Translations under genes and position numbers: made by a program | Notes under the pieces: model-generated | Databases searched by the model: none | What the model saw: only the letters and a program-made list of their open reading frames with translations | Told to the model about the DNA's origin: nothing | Shown here: positions 1 to 10,475 of the stretch, one piece after another | How the letters are laid out: every line of letters starts with the position of its first letter | Position numbering within the stretch: position 1 is the first letter of the stretch | NCBI GenBank assembly: GCA_963775425.1 | Contig: CAVZJB010000010.1 | Location: forward strand, 1 to 64,000 | DNA from: an uncultured delta proteobacterium | GTDB lineage: Bacteria; Myxococcota; UBA727; VGSZ01 | Reading direction: 5' to 3' | Length of the DNA: 64,000 nt

Positions 1-595
1 CAGCATCGAGAAAGGCGTTCTCATGCGCTTGGCGACGTGCGCCTTCGTCGACGAACACCTGAACGTGATCATCACCGGCCCCACCGGAACGGGGAAGACG
101 TACCTGGGCTGTGCGCTCGCTCAGGCCGCCATCCGGAAGAACCGGAGCGCGGTTTACCGGCGCGCATCGAGGCTCTACGAGGAGCTGGCGCTCTCCCGCG
201 TCGACGGAACGTACGCGAAGCTGCTCACGCGGCTTGCGCGCGTCGACGTGCTCATCATCGACGACTTCGGCCTTGCTGCGATGAAAGACCAAGACCGCCA
301 GGGCCTCCTCGACGTACTCGAGGACCGCTACGGCAACCGATCGACGATCATCACGACCCAGCTTCCCACCAAGGCCTGGCACGACTACATCAACGACCCG
401 ACCGTCGCGGATTCGATCTGCGACCGGGTTGTGCACAACGCCCACCGCATCGAGCTCAAAGGCCCGTCGCGGCGGAAGGAGAAGGCCACCAAGGACTGAA
501 CACCGTCGGAAAGCGTCGCTTCGCTCCGATCACGATCGCCGATCCGAGCGTTCACGCCGTCCCGATTTCGGCGTTCACGATGGCCGTGACGCGCA
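1..595 (+). mobile_element. Right end of an IS21-family insertion sequence
   Basis: istB followed by subterminal repeats CCGATCACG (526), GCGTTCACG (548) and GCGTTCACG (571) at 22-23 bp spacing, ending ...GCGCA at 595 (IS21 ends in CA). Confidence 0.75.
2..499 (+). CDS. istB: IS21-family transposition helper ATPase IstB (5' truncated by window edge)
   Basis: Walker A GPTGTGKT, Walker B LIIDDFG, and IITTQLP...ADSICDRVVHNAHRIELKGPSRR C-terminus typical of IstB; the frame is open from the window start. Confidence 0.93.
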   Translation, partial: SIEKGVLMRLATCAFVDEHLNVIITGPTGTGKTYLGCALAQAAIRKNRSAVYRRASRLYEELALSRVDGTYAKLLTRLARVDVLIIDDFGLAAMKDQDRQGLLDVLEDRYGNRSTIITTQLPTKAWHDYINDPTVADSICDRVVHNAHRIELKGPSRRKEKATKD

Positions 596-800
596 GGGAA
601 CCGCCCTCGTAGTTCCAATTTTCTCCCCCCCGCCGCTGAGCCGCCGACTGCTGCGCGTGCGCTCGGCTGACCGCTTTCTCCTTCAACACCTAACGCCACC
701 ACGGTTCGGTTCACGGGTTACGAACGGTGTCGCCATTGCCCACGACACACCACCGCTCAAGACTTGTGCGGTGGGGCTCTATCGCTCCATCCTCGCAAAG

Positions 801-1415
801 ATGAGCTGCCAGCGCTGCGGCGCGGCGTTTGAGGCCGACGTCCAGTTCAAGACCGGCAACGATTACCTCGAGGTCTACAACGAGGGCGACGCTGTTTCTG
901 ACCTCGAGCCGGAGACGTTCCAGGGCATCACGGCCGCGTACTGCAAGTACTGTTACGCGAGATGGGCGAGCGACCACTTCGAAGCCGAGCGCGAGTTCCT
1001 GGTCTTCGCCGTGGGAAGCGGAGCCGTCGAGGCGCGACAAGCGACTGTGGTGCGCGAGAAAACGGCGCGCGGTGCGGTGGAGCTCCACGTCACGCCGAAC
1101 GGCCCCCCGTTCACGACGGAGGAGATCCGACGCGTCGTCGTGCCCCCACCTCCGGGTGTGTTTCCAGCCCTTCAATCCTCGCTCGATGTCGCGAGCATCG
1201 CCCTCTTTCACGCCGGCGAACGCGTGCACCCGCGCCTCCCCCTCAGCCAAGGAAGGTCCTTCTTCTGGGACGACATGCGCGATGACGTCAGGCGCGCCCT
1301 CTCGCGCCGCGGCTGGCCGCTGTCCAACAACCACTTCATCGAGGTCCCTGTCGTCGTCGACGAGGGGCACCGCCTGCGCGTCGATCGCGCGAGAATCGAG
1401 CTCAACGACTGGTAG
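801..1415 (+). CDS. Hypothetical protein with two CxxC motifs (putative Zn-binding)
   Basis: ATG 801; MSCQRCG...YCKYC; plausible amino-acid composition compared with the shadow ORFs. Confidence 0.7.
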   Translation: MSCQRCGAAFEADVQFKTGNDYLEVYNEGDAVSDLEPETFQGITAAYCKYCYARWASDHFEAEREFLVFAVGSGAVEARQATVVREKTARGAVELHVTPNGPPFTTEEIRRVVVPPPPGVFPALQSSLDVASIALFHAGERVHPRLPLSQGRSFFWDDMRDDVRRALSRRGWPLSNNHFIEVPVVVDEGHRLRVDRARIELNDW

Positions 1416-1442
1416 GCGTCGACGACGTTGACGATGCGCAGC

Positions 1443-1784
1443 TCACCGGCCACAGCGGTAGACTTGCCCCATCGATTCCGAAAGGGGCACCGGCTCCACG
1501 TAGAGGACGAGCTCCTGCGCCGGCGTCCACGGGTCCACACGGAAGCCGGTGTAACGCATGCGCCCGCCGTCGAGGGACAGCGGATCGTACACGGCGTACG
1601 GCCCGAGGCGACGCAGGCGCTTCGTGATCGCCACGTCGCGGAGAATGACACGATTCGGAGCCACGCTCGTCGCCACTCCAAGGACCAATAGTCTTCGACC
1701 ATGGCCCAGAGGCCGTCGCGCCGATCCTCCGCTGGCGCTGTCCGCCGACCACCTGGGGAGCAACGCAGCGTAGCTGCGCGCCAT
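1443..1784 (-). CDS. Possible small hypothetical protein
   Basis: C-terminal part (LGPYAVYDPLSLDGGRMRYTGFRVDPW...) looks protein-like; start uncertain. Confidence 0.3.
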   Translation of the reverse strand: MARSYAALLPRWSADSASGGSARRPLGHGRRLLVLGVATSVAPNRVILRDVAITKRLRRLGPYAVYDPLSLDGGRMRYTGFRVDPWTPAQELVLYVEPVPLSESMGQVYRCGR

Positions 1785-1949
1785 CCCGGGTGCGGGAAGG
1801 CGAGGCTCCGCCGATGCCCTCCGCGCGCTGGGTCCGCCGACCGCGGGAACCGATTTTCCGCAAACGATCGCCGCCGACCGGGGCACTCGTCGGGCGAAGT
1901 CCGATCTCTTCTCGCGCTTCGATCTCTCGTTCCTCATCCTTTCCGCCCC

Positions 1950-1987
1950 TCTCCCATCGATCCATCTCCCATCCCCCATCTCCCCTC
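1950..1987 (+). repeat. Degenerate heptamer-like CCATC tandem repeat
   Basis: TCCCATC GATCCATC TCCCATC CCCCATC TCCCCTC within a pyrimidine-rich intergenic stretch. Confidence 0.55.
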
Positions 1988-2260
1988 TGGCATTGATGCT
2001 CGGCTGCCTGCTCGACGCCCACACCTCGAGCCTTTCCACCTGGGTGCCGCCCGCCGCTGAGCGCCCGGCTCGTTCTCCCGTCGCCGAGCCGCGCTCCCCA
2101 GCGGCTGGCGCAAGGAGGAACCGAGCACATGATCAGCACTCGGGGCCATCCGCAAGAGCCGTCGTGATCAACGCGCAGTGGTCACGACACGAGCTCTCTC
2201 CTTCTTGCTCTTCTTCCTGCACGATTCTCCGTCTCGGGCGACGCGTGTTAGATTCGCGCC

Positions 2261-3295
2261 GTGGGGATTTCGCGCTGCAGTCGACGGACGCACTCGTGCG
2301 CCATCGTGGCTCTCGCACTGGGCCTCGCTGCTCCTGCGCTCGCCGACGGCTTCGACTTCGAGCGTGGGACGCTCGACGATGCGCTCGCAGTCGCGCGCAG
2401 CCACGGCTCCATGGTGCTCGCCGAGGTCGATGGTGCTTGGTGCAAGCCGTGCGCGGCGCGCCGAACAGAGATCGACGACACCGGGGACGGCGCGCAGAGC
2501 ACGCCCGCCTTGGTCGCCTGGCGGATCGATATCGACGCGCCGGACGAGCCCGGCGAGATGGCGCGCCTCGCGAAGCGCCTGAACATCCTCGTCACGCCGA
2601 CCACCCTGCTCCTTCGGCCGGACGGAAGCGAGCTCGGCCGCATCGAGGGCTACCACGACAAGGCCGCGTTCCTCGCGGAGCTGTCGGCCATCCGGTCCGG
2701 CGAGGATTCGCTCGCGTGGCTGAGCGAGCGCCTCGCCGCGTCGCGTGAGCACACGGAGCGCACGCGCCTGAACCTCGAGCTGTCCCACTTGCGCCTGGCC
2801 CGCGGCGACCCCGGCGCGCTCTCGGTCATCGAGCGCACGATCACCGAAGACCCCGGTCCCAAGGGCAGCGCCGCGCAGGAGGCGCTCTACTTCCTCGCCT
2901 CGTACCTCTCGCGCCAAAGACACGACGACGGCGCGGCGATGCACGTCTGGCGCGAGCTCGCGATGCGCTTCCCCGCGGGCGAGTACGCGACGACGGCTGC
3001 GTGGTGGTACGCGGGATCGCTCCACCGAAAGCACAAGGACGCTCTCGCCGTCACCTTCCTCGAGGGGCGCGCTCGCCGCGCGCGCAGCGCGCAGGCGCTC
3101 GACGTCCTCGTCTCCTTCGCCGAGAAATCCGGCGCCGGGCGACAGGCCGGCGTAAGGCTCCTCCACGAGATCGAGAATCGGCCGCACCCGGATCTCGAAG
3201 ACACGCTCCTGGCGTCGCTCGGCGCGCGGCTCGACAAGGTCGGGGCTCGCACCCCTTCGCCCGCCAGGGACGTGGAGGAGGGAGCGGCGAGGTGA
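2261..3295 (+). CDS. Secreted thioredoxin-family protein with C-terminal TPR-like helices
   Basis: Signal-like ALALGLAAPALA, WCKPC motif, cis-Pro TPT, helical C-terminus; start uncertain (alternative GTG at 2306). Confidence 0.8.
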   Translation: MGISRCSRRTHSCAIVALALGLAAPALADGFDFERGTLDDALAVARSHGSMVLAEVDGAWCKPCAARRTEIDDTGDGAQSTPALVAWRIDIDAPDEPGEMARLAKRLNILVTPTTLLLRPDGSELGRIEGYHDKAAFLAELSAIRSGEDSLAWLSERLAASREHTERTRLNLELSHLRLARGDPGALSVIERTITEDPGPKGSAAQEALYFLASYLSRQRHDDGAAMHVWRELAMRFPAGEYATTAAWWYAGSLHRKHKDALAVTFLEGRARRARSAQALDVLVSFAEKSGAGRQAGVRLLHEIENRPHPDLEDTLLASLGARLDKVGARTPSPARDVEEGAAR

Positions 3296-4224
3296 TGTTC
3301 GCGCTCACTCTTCTCGTCGCCGTCGGCGTGCCGTTCGAGCACGGGTCCGTCAACGACGCGCTCGCCAAGGCCCACACCGACGGGCGCCGCGTGCTCGTCT
3401 ATGCCCACGCGTCCTGGTGCGGCCCCTGCAGGCGCTTGAAGGCCGAGGTCTTCGACACCGCCGAAGGTGAGAGCGCCTTGAAGGACGTTCACGTCGTGAG
3501 CCTCGACAGCGACACCGCCGCAGACCGCCCCTATCTGCGCGCCCTCCATGTGATGGGCTACCCGACGCTCATCGTCCTTCGACCGGACGCAAGCGAGGTG
3601 GACCGCATCGTCGGCTACGGCGACCGCCGGCGCTTCATCCTTCGACTCGCGCCGCTCCTCAAGGTCGAGCTCACCCTCGACCAGCTCCAAAGAAAGCGCC
3701 GGGAAACGGAAGGCGATGAGGCGCGCGCCTTGATCGACGTCGACATCGCGCGCGCGATGCTGAGGACGGGCCGGCGCGAGGAGGCGGAGACACTTCTCGA
3801 GGACGTCGCGGCCGAGCCGCTTCCGGCCGCCGCCGAGGCGCTCTTTCGCCTCGGTGTCCTCCTTGACAAGAAGGACGGCCCTTCCGTCTCCTACAACGTC
3901 TGGCGCGAGCTCGCGACGCGCTTCCCGTCGTCACGCAGGGCTCCGTTCGCCGAGAGCGCCTACGCCGACGCCCTTCACGCGCTCCACGATCGCTTCCCGA
4001 ACGGCGACCAGCTCGCCTACGTGTTCTTGCGCAGCCGTTACACCGCGAGCCGCGGCGGCTCCATCGCTGCGGCGCGCCGCCTCGAGAACCTCGTCGAGCT
4101 CTCCATCGCGCGAAACATCCAACGCGAGCTCTCACGCGCGGAGGTCCAGGACGCGCTCGCGAGGCACACCATCGACGCCCAGGAAGCCGGCGAGCTGATG
4201 CGACGCCTGAAGAAGTCGCGGTAG
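3295..4224 (+). CDS. Thioredoxin-family protein with TPR-like helices (paralog of the upstream gene)
   Basis: TGATG overlap with the upstream gene; HASWCGPC, GYPT, shared VWRELAxRFP motif. Confidence 0.85.
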   Translation: MFALTLLVAVGVPFEHGSVNDALAKAHTDGRRVLVYAHASWCGPCRRLKAEVFDTAEGESALKDVHVVSLDSDTAADRPYLRALHVMGYPTLIVLRPDASEVDRIVGYGDRRRFILRLAPLLKVELTLDQLQRKRRETEGDEARALIDVDIARAMLRTGRREEAETLLEDVAAEPLPAAAEALFRLGVLLDKKDGPSVSYNVWRELATRFPSSRRAPFAESAYADALHALHDRFPNGDQLAYVFLRSRYTASRGGSIAAARRLENLVELSIARNIQRELSRAEVQDALARHTIDAQEAGELMRRLKKSR

Positions 4225-4410
4225 CCGCAGCCGGCTCGACCAGGGCGCTCTCCTTCCGGGGCCGACGGCCGCCGTCGACGGGTCGCGCGGCACCCTGCGC
4301 CTTCACACGTGCATCGCCGGTGGCGCGCGTGTGGACGAGCGCCGGCGCTCCACGCAGCCGCGTCCTGACGGCAGGCTCCGACAGGCACGGTCCTCGCTTC
4401 ATCCGCCGCG

Positions 4411-5409
4411 ATGCCCATGCCGAGCCCTCCGCCCCTCCTGGTCCTCTGCGCGCTCGCCCTCCCCCTCGCCGCGTGCGGCGCGCCCGACCCCGCCGTCCTC
4501 GTGCTCGACACGGACCTGCACCGGACAAGCAGCGTCGCATTTCACGATCCCGGCGGTCACCGGGTTGACGTCGACGGCGCGGCCGGCGTCGACGACGACA
4601 TCCTCGTCACGCTCAGACGCGAGACCGGCGAGAGCCGCACGGCCACGAGCCCGATCCTCGGGGTGCCGACGTCGGTCGCCATCGTGCACGGCGTCGTCGC
4701 GCGCGTCACGCGCGCGGGAGACGTCGTCTGGACGCTACAGGCCAAGGCCGACGCCGGCGTCGACTGCAACGCGTCCGCGTTCGTGACGGCCGACGGCGTG
4801 CTCCTCAACGTCGACTGCCCGAGCGGGAGCTTCGCCGGGGCGTCCGGCGGCAACGTCGTCGTCGACGCCGCGACCGGCGACGTGCTCGGCGAGGCTCCCC
4901 CGGATGATCCGGGCTTCTCGTGCTTCGTGCTCCCGCCCGTCGACGTCGGCGACGGCACCGTCGTCGGAGCGCTCATCGACAGCGTCGCGCGGGGCGCGCT
5001 CGTGGACGGGTGCGTGCAAGACGCCGTGTGGACGAGCGCGTCGACCGTGAGGCCGACGAGCAACGCGTCGCTGCACATCGTCGGCGACCGTGTCCTCGTC
5101 GCATCCGAGGCCACGTCCATCGGCACGATGAGCTACCTCGCGCTCGATCTCGCGTCCGGCGAGCAGCTCGACAGCGTCACCGACGCCGGCGTCATCTCGC
5201 TCCCCGCGATCGACGGCTGGTTCGGGCAGGACACGCTCGACGTCGATCAGGGAATGCATATCCAGCACCGCGACGTACACGGCCTGCCGACGGCCGAGCT
5301 CGACGCCGACGGCCTGACCATGCTCGACACCTCCACCACGCGCGACGCTCTCTTCGTCGGCGGCGACGCGGGCGACGGCGCGCCCACCGTGGACTTGCCG
5401 CACGAGTAG
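4411..5409 (+). CDS. Lipoprotein, possible PQQ-like beta-propeller
   Basis: Lipobox PLAAC; beta-rich repeats VVDAATG and LALDLASG. Confidence 0.7.
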   Translation: MPMPSPPPLLVLCALALPLAACGAPDPAVLVLDTDLHRTSSVAFHDPGGHRVDVDGAAGVDDDILVTLRRETGESRTATSPILGVPTSVAIVHGVVARVTRAGDVVWTLQAKADAGVDCNASAFVTADGVLLNVDCPSGSFAGASGGNVVVDAATGDVLGEAPPDDPGFSCFVLPPVDVGDGTVVGALIDSVARGALVDGCVQDAVWTSASTVRPTSNASLHIVGDRVLVASEATSIGTMSYLALDLASGEQLDSVTDAGVISLPAIDGWFGQDTLDVDQGMHIQHRDVHGLPTAELDADGLTMLDTSTTRDALFVGGDAGDGAPTVDLPHE

Positions 5410-5600
5410 ACGGCGGAGCTGAGCGTCGGCCCCGCGCGCGGAGCTCCGTGGCCACGAGCGACGCGTACGTCAGCCCGCTGCTCGCCGTCGGCGGCGGCGC
5501 CGCGCTCGGCGACGAGCCCGTCACGGGGCGCTTGCTCGTCGCCTCCTTGCTCCGTCGTCGCGTCACCCGCCCTGGTGCTGCGGCGCAGCCGCGGGCCGGC

Positions 5601-6873
5601 TCAGGGGTGCACGTGGAAGTCGGGCGTGAACGTGGAGCTGAGGGTCCAATCCGAGAGCGCCATCGTCGTGCTCGGGGTCGTGACCTCCACGTTGCGCTCG
5701 GCGGACTGACCCGAGAGCTGCCACGGCGCGCCGCTTCCGTCGACGCCGATGACGCCGTAGACGTCGATGAGCTCGTCTCCGAAGAAGAGCGCGATGACGT
5801 CCGTGCCGTCGAACTGAAGGCTCGGCACCTCGGCGTCGAAGGTACTCCCGGGAAACGCGTCCTCGAACGCCGCGGCGTCCGAGACGATCGTGAACTGGCA
5901 TGTGCCAACAGTCCCAGGTGTTGCGGCGGGAATGACCAGGCCGTCGGGGATGGCGGCGAGCCGCGGGGTCGTGCTGCCGCCGCTGAAGACCTCGACGCTC
6001 ATGTCCACGAGCGTCATGGGGTGCAGCGTCGTGTTGTAGAGCTCGACGTACTCCGCGTTTGGCGCCGCCGGCACCGCCACCTCGCTGATGAACACGCGCG
6101 CTCGAGCGGGTGTCGCGACGAGGGTGATGTCATCGATGGCGCTGCCGTCCTTGGAGTTGAAACACGCGACGTAGGTCCCGCAATCGTTCGTCACATCGAG
6201 CCGGGCGCACGGAGGGGTGAGGCCCCCGTCGTCGTCGGTGCCCAGCAGCGTGCCCGCGGCGTTGTAGAAGCGACCGAAGGTGTCACCGGGACAGCCGGTC
6301 CCGCCGTCGGTGGTCCCGAGGCTGACCGTCGCCGCAATCCCGATGGTGTAGCGGAAGCACTTCTCCCCTTGCTCGGGAAGACTGAAGGTCGCGACGAACG
6401 GGAGCGTGACGTCCTCGACGTCGCCCTCGCCTTCACCTTCGCCTTCGCCTTCTCCTTCGCCCTCTCCTTCGCCCTCTCCTTCGCCCTCTCCTTCACCCTC
6501 TCCTTCACCCTCTCCTTCACCTTCTCCTTCGCCCTCTCCTTCTCCTTCTCCTTCGCCTTCTCCTTCGCCCTCTCCTTCGCCTTCGCCTTCGCCCTCTCCT
6601 TCGCCCTCTCCTTCGCCTTCGCCTTCGCCCTCGCCCTCGCCCTCGCCTTCGCCCTCACCTTCGCCCTCGCCCTCGCCCTCACCTTCGCCCTCACCTTCGC
6701 CCTCGCCTTCCCCTTCGCCGCCACCGGCGTGGCGCTCGACGCCAGGCGCAGCGGCCGGGCCGTTGTCCGCGCCGCAGCTCGTGAGCGTGCCGAAGAGGAG
6801 CGGCGCAACGATGGCCGTGGCGACCTCGCGGGGCCCCCAGAATCCGAAGGGGGTTCAGGAGGCGGAGAGCCAT
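5601..6873 (-). CDS. Lipoprotein with (GE)n linker, DDDGG/PPC-like module and lamin-tail domain; apparent 1-nt frameshift near the 5' end
   Basis: Frame open 6854-5601: lipobox-like GTLTSC, GE repeat, [12 protein letters not shown] motif VFISEV...AEYVELYN...FTP. The ATG at 6873 with SD GGAAAGGTG lies in another frame. Confidence 0.75.
6421..6719 (-). repeat. Hexanucleotide GGN-GAR tandem repeat encoding about 50 Gly-Glu units
   Basis: Visible (TCGCCC/TCTCCT/TCACCT)n on the + strand. Confidence 0.95.
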
Positions 6874-7004
6874 GGCGCGTCACCTTTCCGTCGAGCTCGA
6901 CGACCAAACGTGTCTTTGCGCGGCGTCCGCCGCGCGCACCGTGACCATCAAGAAGCGAGCCGAACGCGAAAAGAGCTGGCGCCGCAGCTCTCCGGGCCGA
7001 CCGC

Positions 7005-8072
7005 TCATCCCCGCCGGCGACGCCGCGCAGGGCCGACGGCGAGCACCAGCAACGCGACGAACAGCGCGCTCGGCGGACCCGCGGCGCCGCAGCCGGGAGC
7101 GGCGTCGGGGCCGTCGGCGGGTGGGTCATAGAACGCGGCCGGGACCACACCCGGGGCATCGCACCAGACGCGGCTGCCGTCGTCGCAGCGCGCGCGCATG
7201 TGTTGATCCATCCAGTCGAAGTACGCGTCCACGCGCGTGTCGATGCCGCCTTTGCTGCAGCCGGTCGCGTCGTACTGATGCGAGGTCACGCCGATGACGC
7301 GGCTCGCGACTGCGTGGGGAGTGACGACGTCGGCGTACGTCGGCCCGCCGGAGTCTCCCTGGCACTTGCGCGTGCTCGCGACGTCGCTGCCGATCTGCAT
7401 CTCGGCGTCACCGAGCTCGTTGACGGTGGTGTCGCCGCACAGCTCGACGCCCACCGTGTCCGCGGGCGCGTTCGCATCGGGCGTTTGCTTGCCCCAACCG
7501 GCGACGCCGACGGCCGTGCCGGCGGCGAGCTGCGCCGCCTCGTCCTTTTGAATCACCACCGCGGGTGTCACGCTCGTGATGGGCGCGTCGAGGAAGAGGA
7601 GCGCGATGTCTTTCACGGCGCCGAGCCCGGGCGCACAGCAACCCTGGATGTTGAAGTCCTCATGCGGCACGAGCTCGCGGACGGCGACGGCGTCCGCAGG
7701 GAGCTGCGTCGCTGGCGCGTCGGGTCCCGCGAGCGCGCTCAAGTCGCTCTCGAACGTGACCCAGTAATCCGCGCGGGAGACGGTGTCGCGGCCGCCCGTG
7801 AGCAGCTTCGGATCCGTGCAGTGCGCGGCGGTGAGGACGACGTCGGGCGCGATGAGCGTGCCTGTGCACATCAAGCGCGTGACGTCCTCGACCCCCGTGC
7901 CGGGGTCGAGGGTGGCGTCGAGGATGATGGCGACCGCGCTGGGGAACCGGCCGTCGCAGGAGGAACCGTTGATGATCGCTTCCTGCCGCGCCGGCGGCGC
8001 CTCACCCTCGAGGGACGCGGGCCCGCACGCGGCGGCGAAGACAAGCAGGACGACAGGGGGAAGGGTCCGCAT
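7005..8072 (-). CDS. Trypsin-like (S1) serine protease lipoprotein with MYXO-CTERM-like tail
   Basis: IING, LTAAHC, KDIAL and CQGDSGGP motifs; lipobox AAAC; C-terminus GC...hydrophobic...RRRRG. Confidence 0.92.
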   Translation of the reverse strand: MRTLPPVVLLVFAAACGPASLEGEAPPARQEAIINGSSCDGRFPSAVAIILDATLDPGTGVEDVTRLMCTGTLIAPDVVLTAAHCTDPKLLTGGRDTVSRADYWVTFESDLSALAGPDAPATQLPADAVAVRELVPHEDFNIQGCCAPGLGAVKDIALLFLDAPITSVTPAVVIQKDEAAQLAAGTAVGVAGWGKQTPDANAPADTVGVELCGDTTVNELGDAEMQIGSDVASTRKCQGDSGGPTYADVVTPHAVASRVIGVTSHQYDATGCSKGGIDTRVDAYFDWMDQHMRARCDDGSRVWCDAPGVVPAAFYDPPADGPDAAPGCGAAGPPSALFVALLVLAVGPARRRRRG

Positions 8073-8273
8073 GGCGCCGGATGCTAAGGGCCCGTTCGCC
8101 CGCGTCGACCCTCGACAACATCGGTCGATTGTCGAGGTGCATTCACCGTCGAGCGTGACTGCAACCAGCTCACCTGCGCGGCCGCGGCGTCGACGTGCGG
8201 AACCCGGAGCGTTCCAAACGGCGCGGCGCTTTCCACGACGCCGCCCGATAGCATCGACGCTCGGAGGTGGACC

Positions 8274-8702
8274 GTGCACGACGTCATCGGCGTGTTCCCG
8301 ACCAAGGTCGATACGTGGTTTCTAGCGCTCTTCTGGGGCATCGCTGTCGCCTGCTTCGCGGGCGCGCCGCTCATTCGCAGACGGAGCACGGGCGCCGCCG
8401 TGCTGCTCGGTGCCATCGGCGTCCTCTTTGTCGGGGTCGGCTTCAACGCCCGTTCCCTTCGATACGAGGTGCGAGCCGACGGCGCCGTCGTCACGGCGGG
8501 CACCGTCGTTCCCGAAAGCGGCGTCCTCTTCCATGCCGGCGACGTCGTCGACGTCAGGCCGACCCACGAAAGCAGCTCCGCCCCGGCGTCGTCGCTCGAT
8601 CGACTGCGCGTGGACCTCAAGGGTGGCCGCAGGGTGCTCGTCTCGCCGGCGGACAAGGAGGGGTTCAAGCGGGCACTCGTCCAGGCGGGCGCTTCGCTCT
8701 GA
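8274..8702 (+). CDS. Membrane protein with bacterial PH domain
   Basis: FPTKVDTW, two TM helices, SAPASSLDRLRV...VLVSPADKEGF pattern of bPH family proteins. Confidence 0.75.
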   Translation: MHDVIGVFPTKVDTWFLALFWGIAVACFAGAPLIRRRSTGAAVLLGAIGVLFVGVGFNARSLRYEVRADGAVVTAGTVVPESGVLFHAGDVVDVRPTHESSSAPASSLDRLRVDLKGGRRVLVSPADKEGFKRALVQAGASL

Positions 8703-8709
8703 TCGCCCG

Positions 8710-9555
8710 CTACCTCCGGGTGAGCGTGTAGCCGTCCTTCTCGAGCAGCGCGGGCAGCCCTCGGTCAGTCAGCATGTGCATGAAGCCGGTGGCGATGAAC
8801 GCGTCTCCCGTGTCGATCTCGTCTTCCACTTGCGACAGCCACGCGTCGTGGCGAAAGACGACGTCGTCGTAGTACGCGGGACGGCTCGTCATCTCGCCCT
8901 CGTCGAAGGCGAGGGCGGTCATCTGGTCCACGTCGCCGGCGCCGTAGGCGTCGGCCCAGGTGAGGTGCTCGGCCACGGCCGCATCGGGGTCACGGGCAGT
9001 GCGGAGCAGGACCTCGAGGCCGTCGTCGAAGCCGACGCCGTTGAGCGTTGCGACCTGGTCCTGCCAGGTCTCGAAGAAGGCGAGGTGCACGCCGTCGTCG
9101 GACGCGCGCTCCACGAGGGTGGCGTCGATGGGCGAAACGGGCGGGAGGCGGCGGACGATCGCTTGCGACTCGAGGAACCACGGCTGCAGGTGCGGCGCCT
9201 CGCCGAGGCCAACGATGCCGACGAGCGCGGCGGAGACGAGGGTCCACTCGTCGTCCGTGACGGAGTCGCGGACGGATTCGCCCGCGGGCAACGTGACGAG
9301 CCCGTTGAATTCCCCCGGGTCGACGCTGCGCACGTCGGCCTCGGTGACGAGCACACGCGACTTCCCGAGCATGTCCCACAGCTCCGGCGCGAGCACGCTC
9401 GCGTCGGCCTCCGCGTGCATGGTGCCGAGGAGGACGCTGGTCTTGCCGTCACGCTCCACCGTCCAATAGGGCGGGTGCGGCGCGCCTTCGCACCCGAGAA
9501 GCGCCGCGCACGCGAACGCGGCGATTGGGACGAAGGACCCTGCGGAGAGACGCAT
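8710..9555 (-). CDS. TraB/GumN family lipoprotein
   Basis: WTVERDGKTSVLLGTMH, LQPW, FETWQDQ, FIATGFMH...GLPALLEKDGY. Confidence 0.85.
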   Translation of the reverse strand: MRLSAGSFVPIAAFACAALLGCEGAPHPPYWTVERDGKTSVLLGTMHAEADASVLAPELWDMLGKSRVLVTEADVRSVDPGEFNGLVTLPAGESVRDSVTDDEWTLVSAALVGIVGLGEAPHLQPWFLESQAIVRRLPPVSPIDATLVERASDDGVHLAFFETWQDQVATLNGVGFDDGLEVLLRTARDPDAAVAEHLTWADAYGAGDVDQMTALAFDEGEMTSRPAYYDDVVFRHDAWLSQVEDEIDTGDAFIATGFMHMLTDRGLPALLEKDGYTLTRR

Positions 9556-9698
9556 CGCTCCTCGAGGATAGCGCGCCGAGGGAGCGGAGGCCTCGCGGGC
9601 TCGTCGCGTCGCGACGGCACCGACTCTCGATCGCCGCGTGACGACGGGCACCATTTCACCCGCGCCGGCCCCGTCGGACGCGCGGCCGTCGTGGTAAC

Positions 9699-10475
9699 GT
9701 GCGCGCCGTGCTCGCACTCGTTCTTGCCGCAGCGGTCGCCACGGCCGCACCTCCCCCACCCCAGGAGGTCCGCGTTCTCGTCCTCGACTTCAAGCCGTCG
9801 GGCGGCGTCGCGGCCGACGTGGTCGAAAACATCACCGGCTTGTCCGCAGCAATTCTGTCGGAAGATCCCCGCCTCGAGGTGCTCGCGGGCCCCGACCTCC
9901 GGCAGCTCATCGACCTCCAGAGCCAGAAAGACGTCGTCGGCTGCGCCGGCGACAACGCTTCGTGCATCGCCGAGCTGGCGGGCGCGCTCGACGCCAAGCT
10001 CGTCGTCATCGGCAACGTCGGCTACCTCGGCAGCACGCTGAACTTGAACATCGTCCTTTTCAACCAGGCCACGGGCCAGAACGCCGGCCGCCGTGCCGTG
10101 CAGGCCAGGGACCTCTCCGAGCTGTCGACGTCGCTGCGCGCACCGCTGCGCGAGCTCATCGCCGGCGTCCTCGGCGAAACGCCCGAGGTGGAGAGCGCCG
10201 GACCGTCGGCGGGGCTCATCACGCTCGTCGCCGGCGGCGCAGCGATCGCCCTCGGCGGAGTCGCCCTCGCCGTGAGCGCGTACCCCGCCGTCGCCATCGC
10301 CGGGGAGGAGGGCAATTTCACGGCTGGTGAGACCGCCGCCCTTGGCCGCGCCTCCGACCTGCAGACCTCCTGGTATGACAGCGGCCTCGATACCGGGCTC
10401 GTCGCTGCCGGCTCCGTCCTGCTCGTCGCCGGGGGCGCCGCCGTCGCCGGCGGCCTCGCCATGGGGATCGAATGA
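9699..10475 (+). CDS. Secreted TolB-N/CsgG-like fold protein with C-terminal hydrophobic helices
   Basis: Signal peptide; VLVLDF...GC..D.SCIAELAGALDAKLVVIGNVG; overlaps the next start (ATGA). Confidence 0.75.
   Translation: MRAVLALVLAAAVATAAPPPPQEVRVLVLDFKPSGGVAADVVENITGLSAAILSEDPRLEVLAGPDLRQLIDLQSQKDVVGCAGDNASCIAELAGALDAKLVVIGNVGYLGSTLNLNIVLFNQATGQNAGRRAVQARDLSELSTSLRAPLRELIAGVLGETPEVESAGPSAGLITLVAGGAAIALGGVALAVSAYPAVAIAGEEGNFTAGETAALGRASDLQTSWYDSGLDTGLVAAGSVLLVAGGAAVAGGLAMGIE

Noticed and set aside
6406-7131. (Ser-Pro)n protein on the + strand, and the similar ORF at 10603-11181 on the - strand
   Set aside because: Antisense shadows of the (Gly-Glu)n tracts; the GE frames carry lipoboxes and recognisable domains
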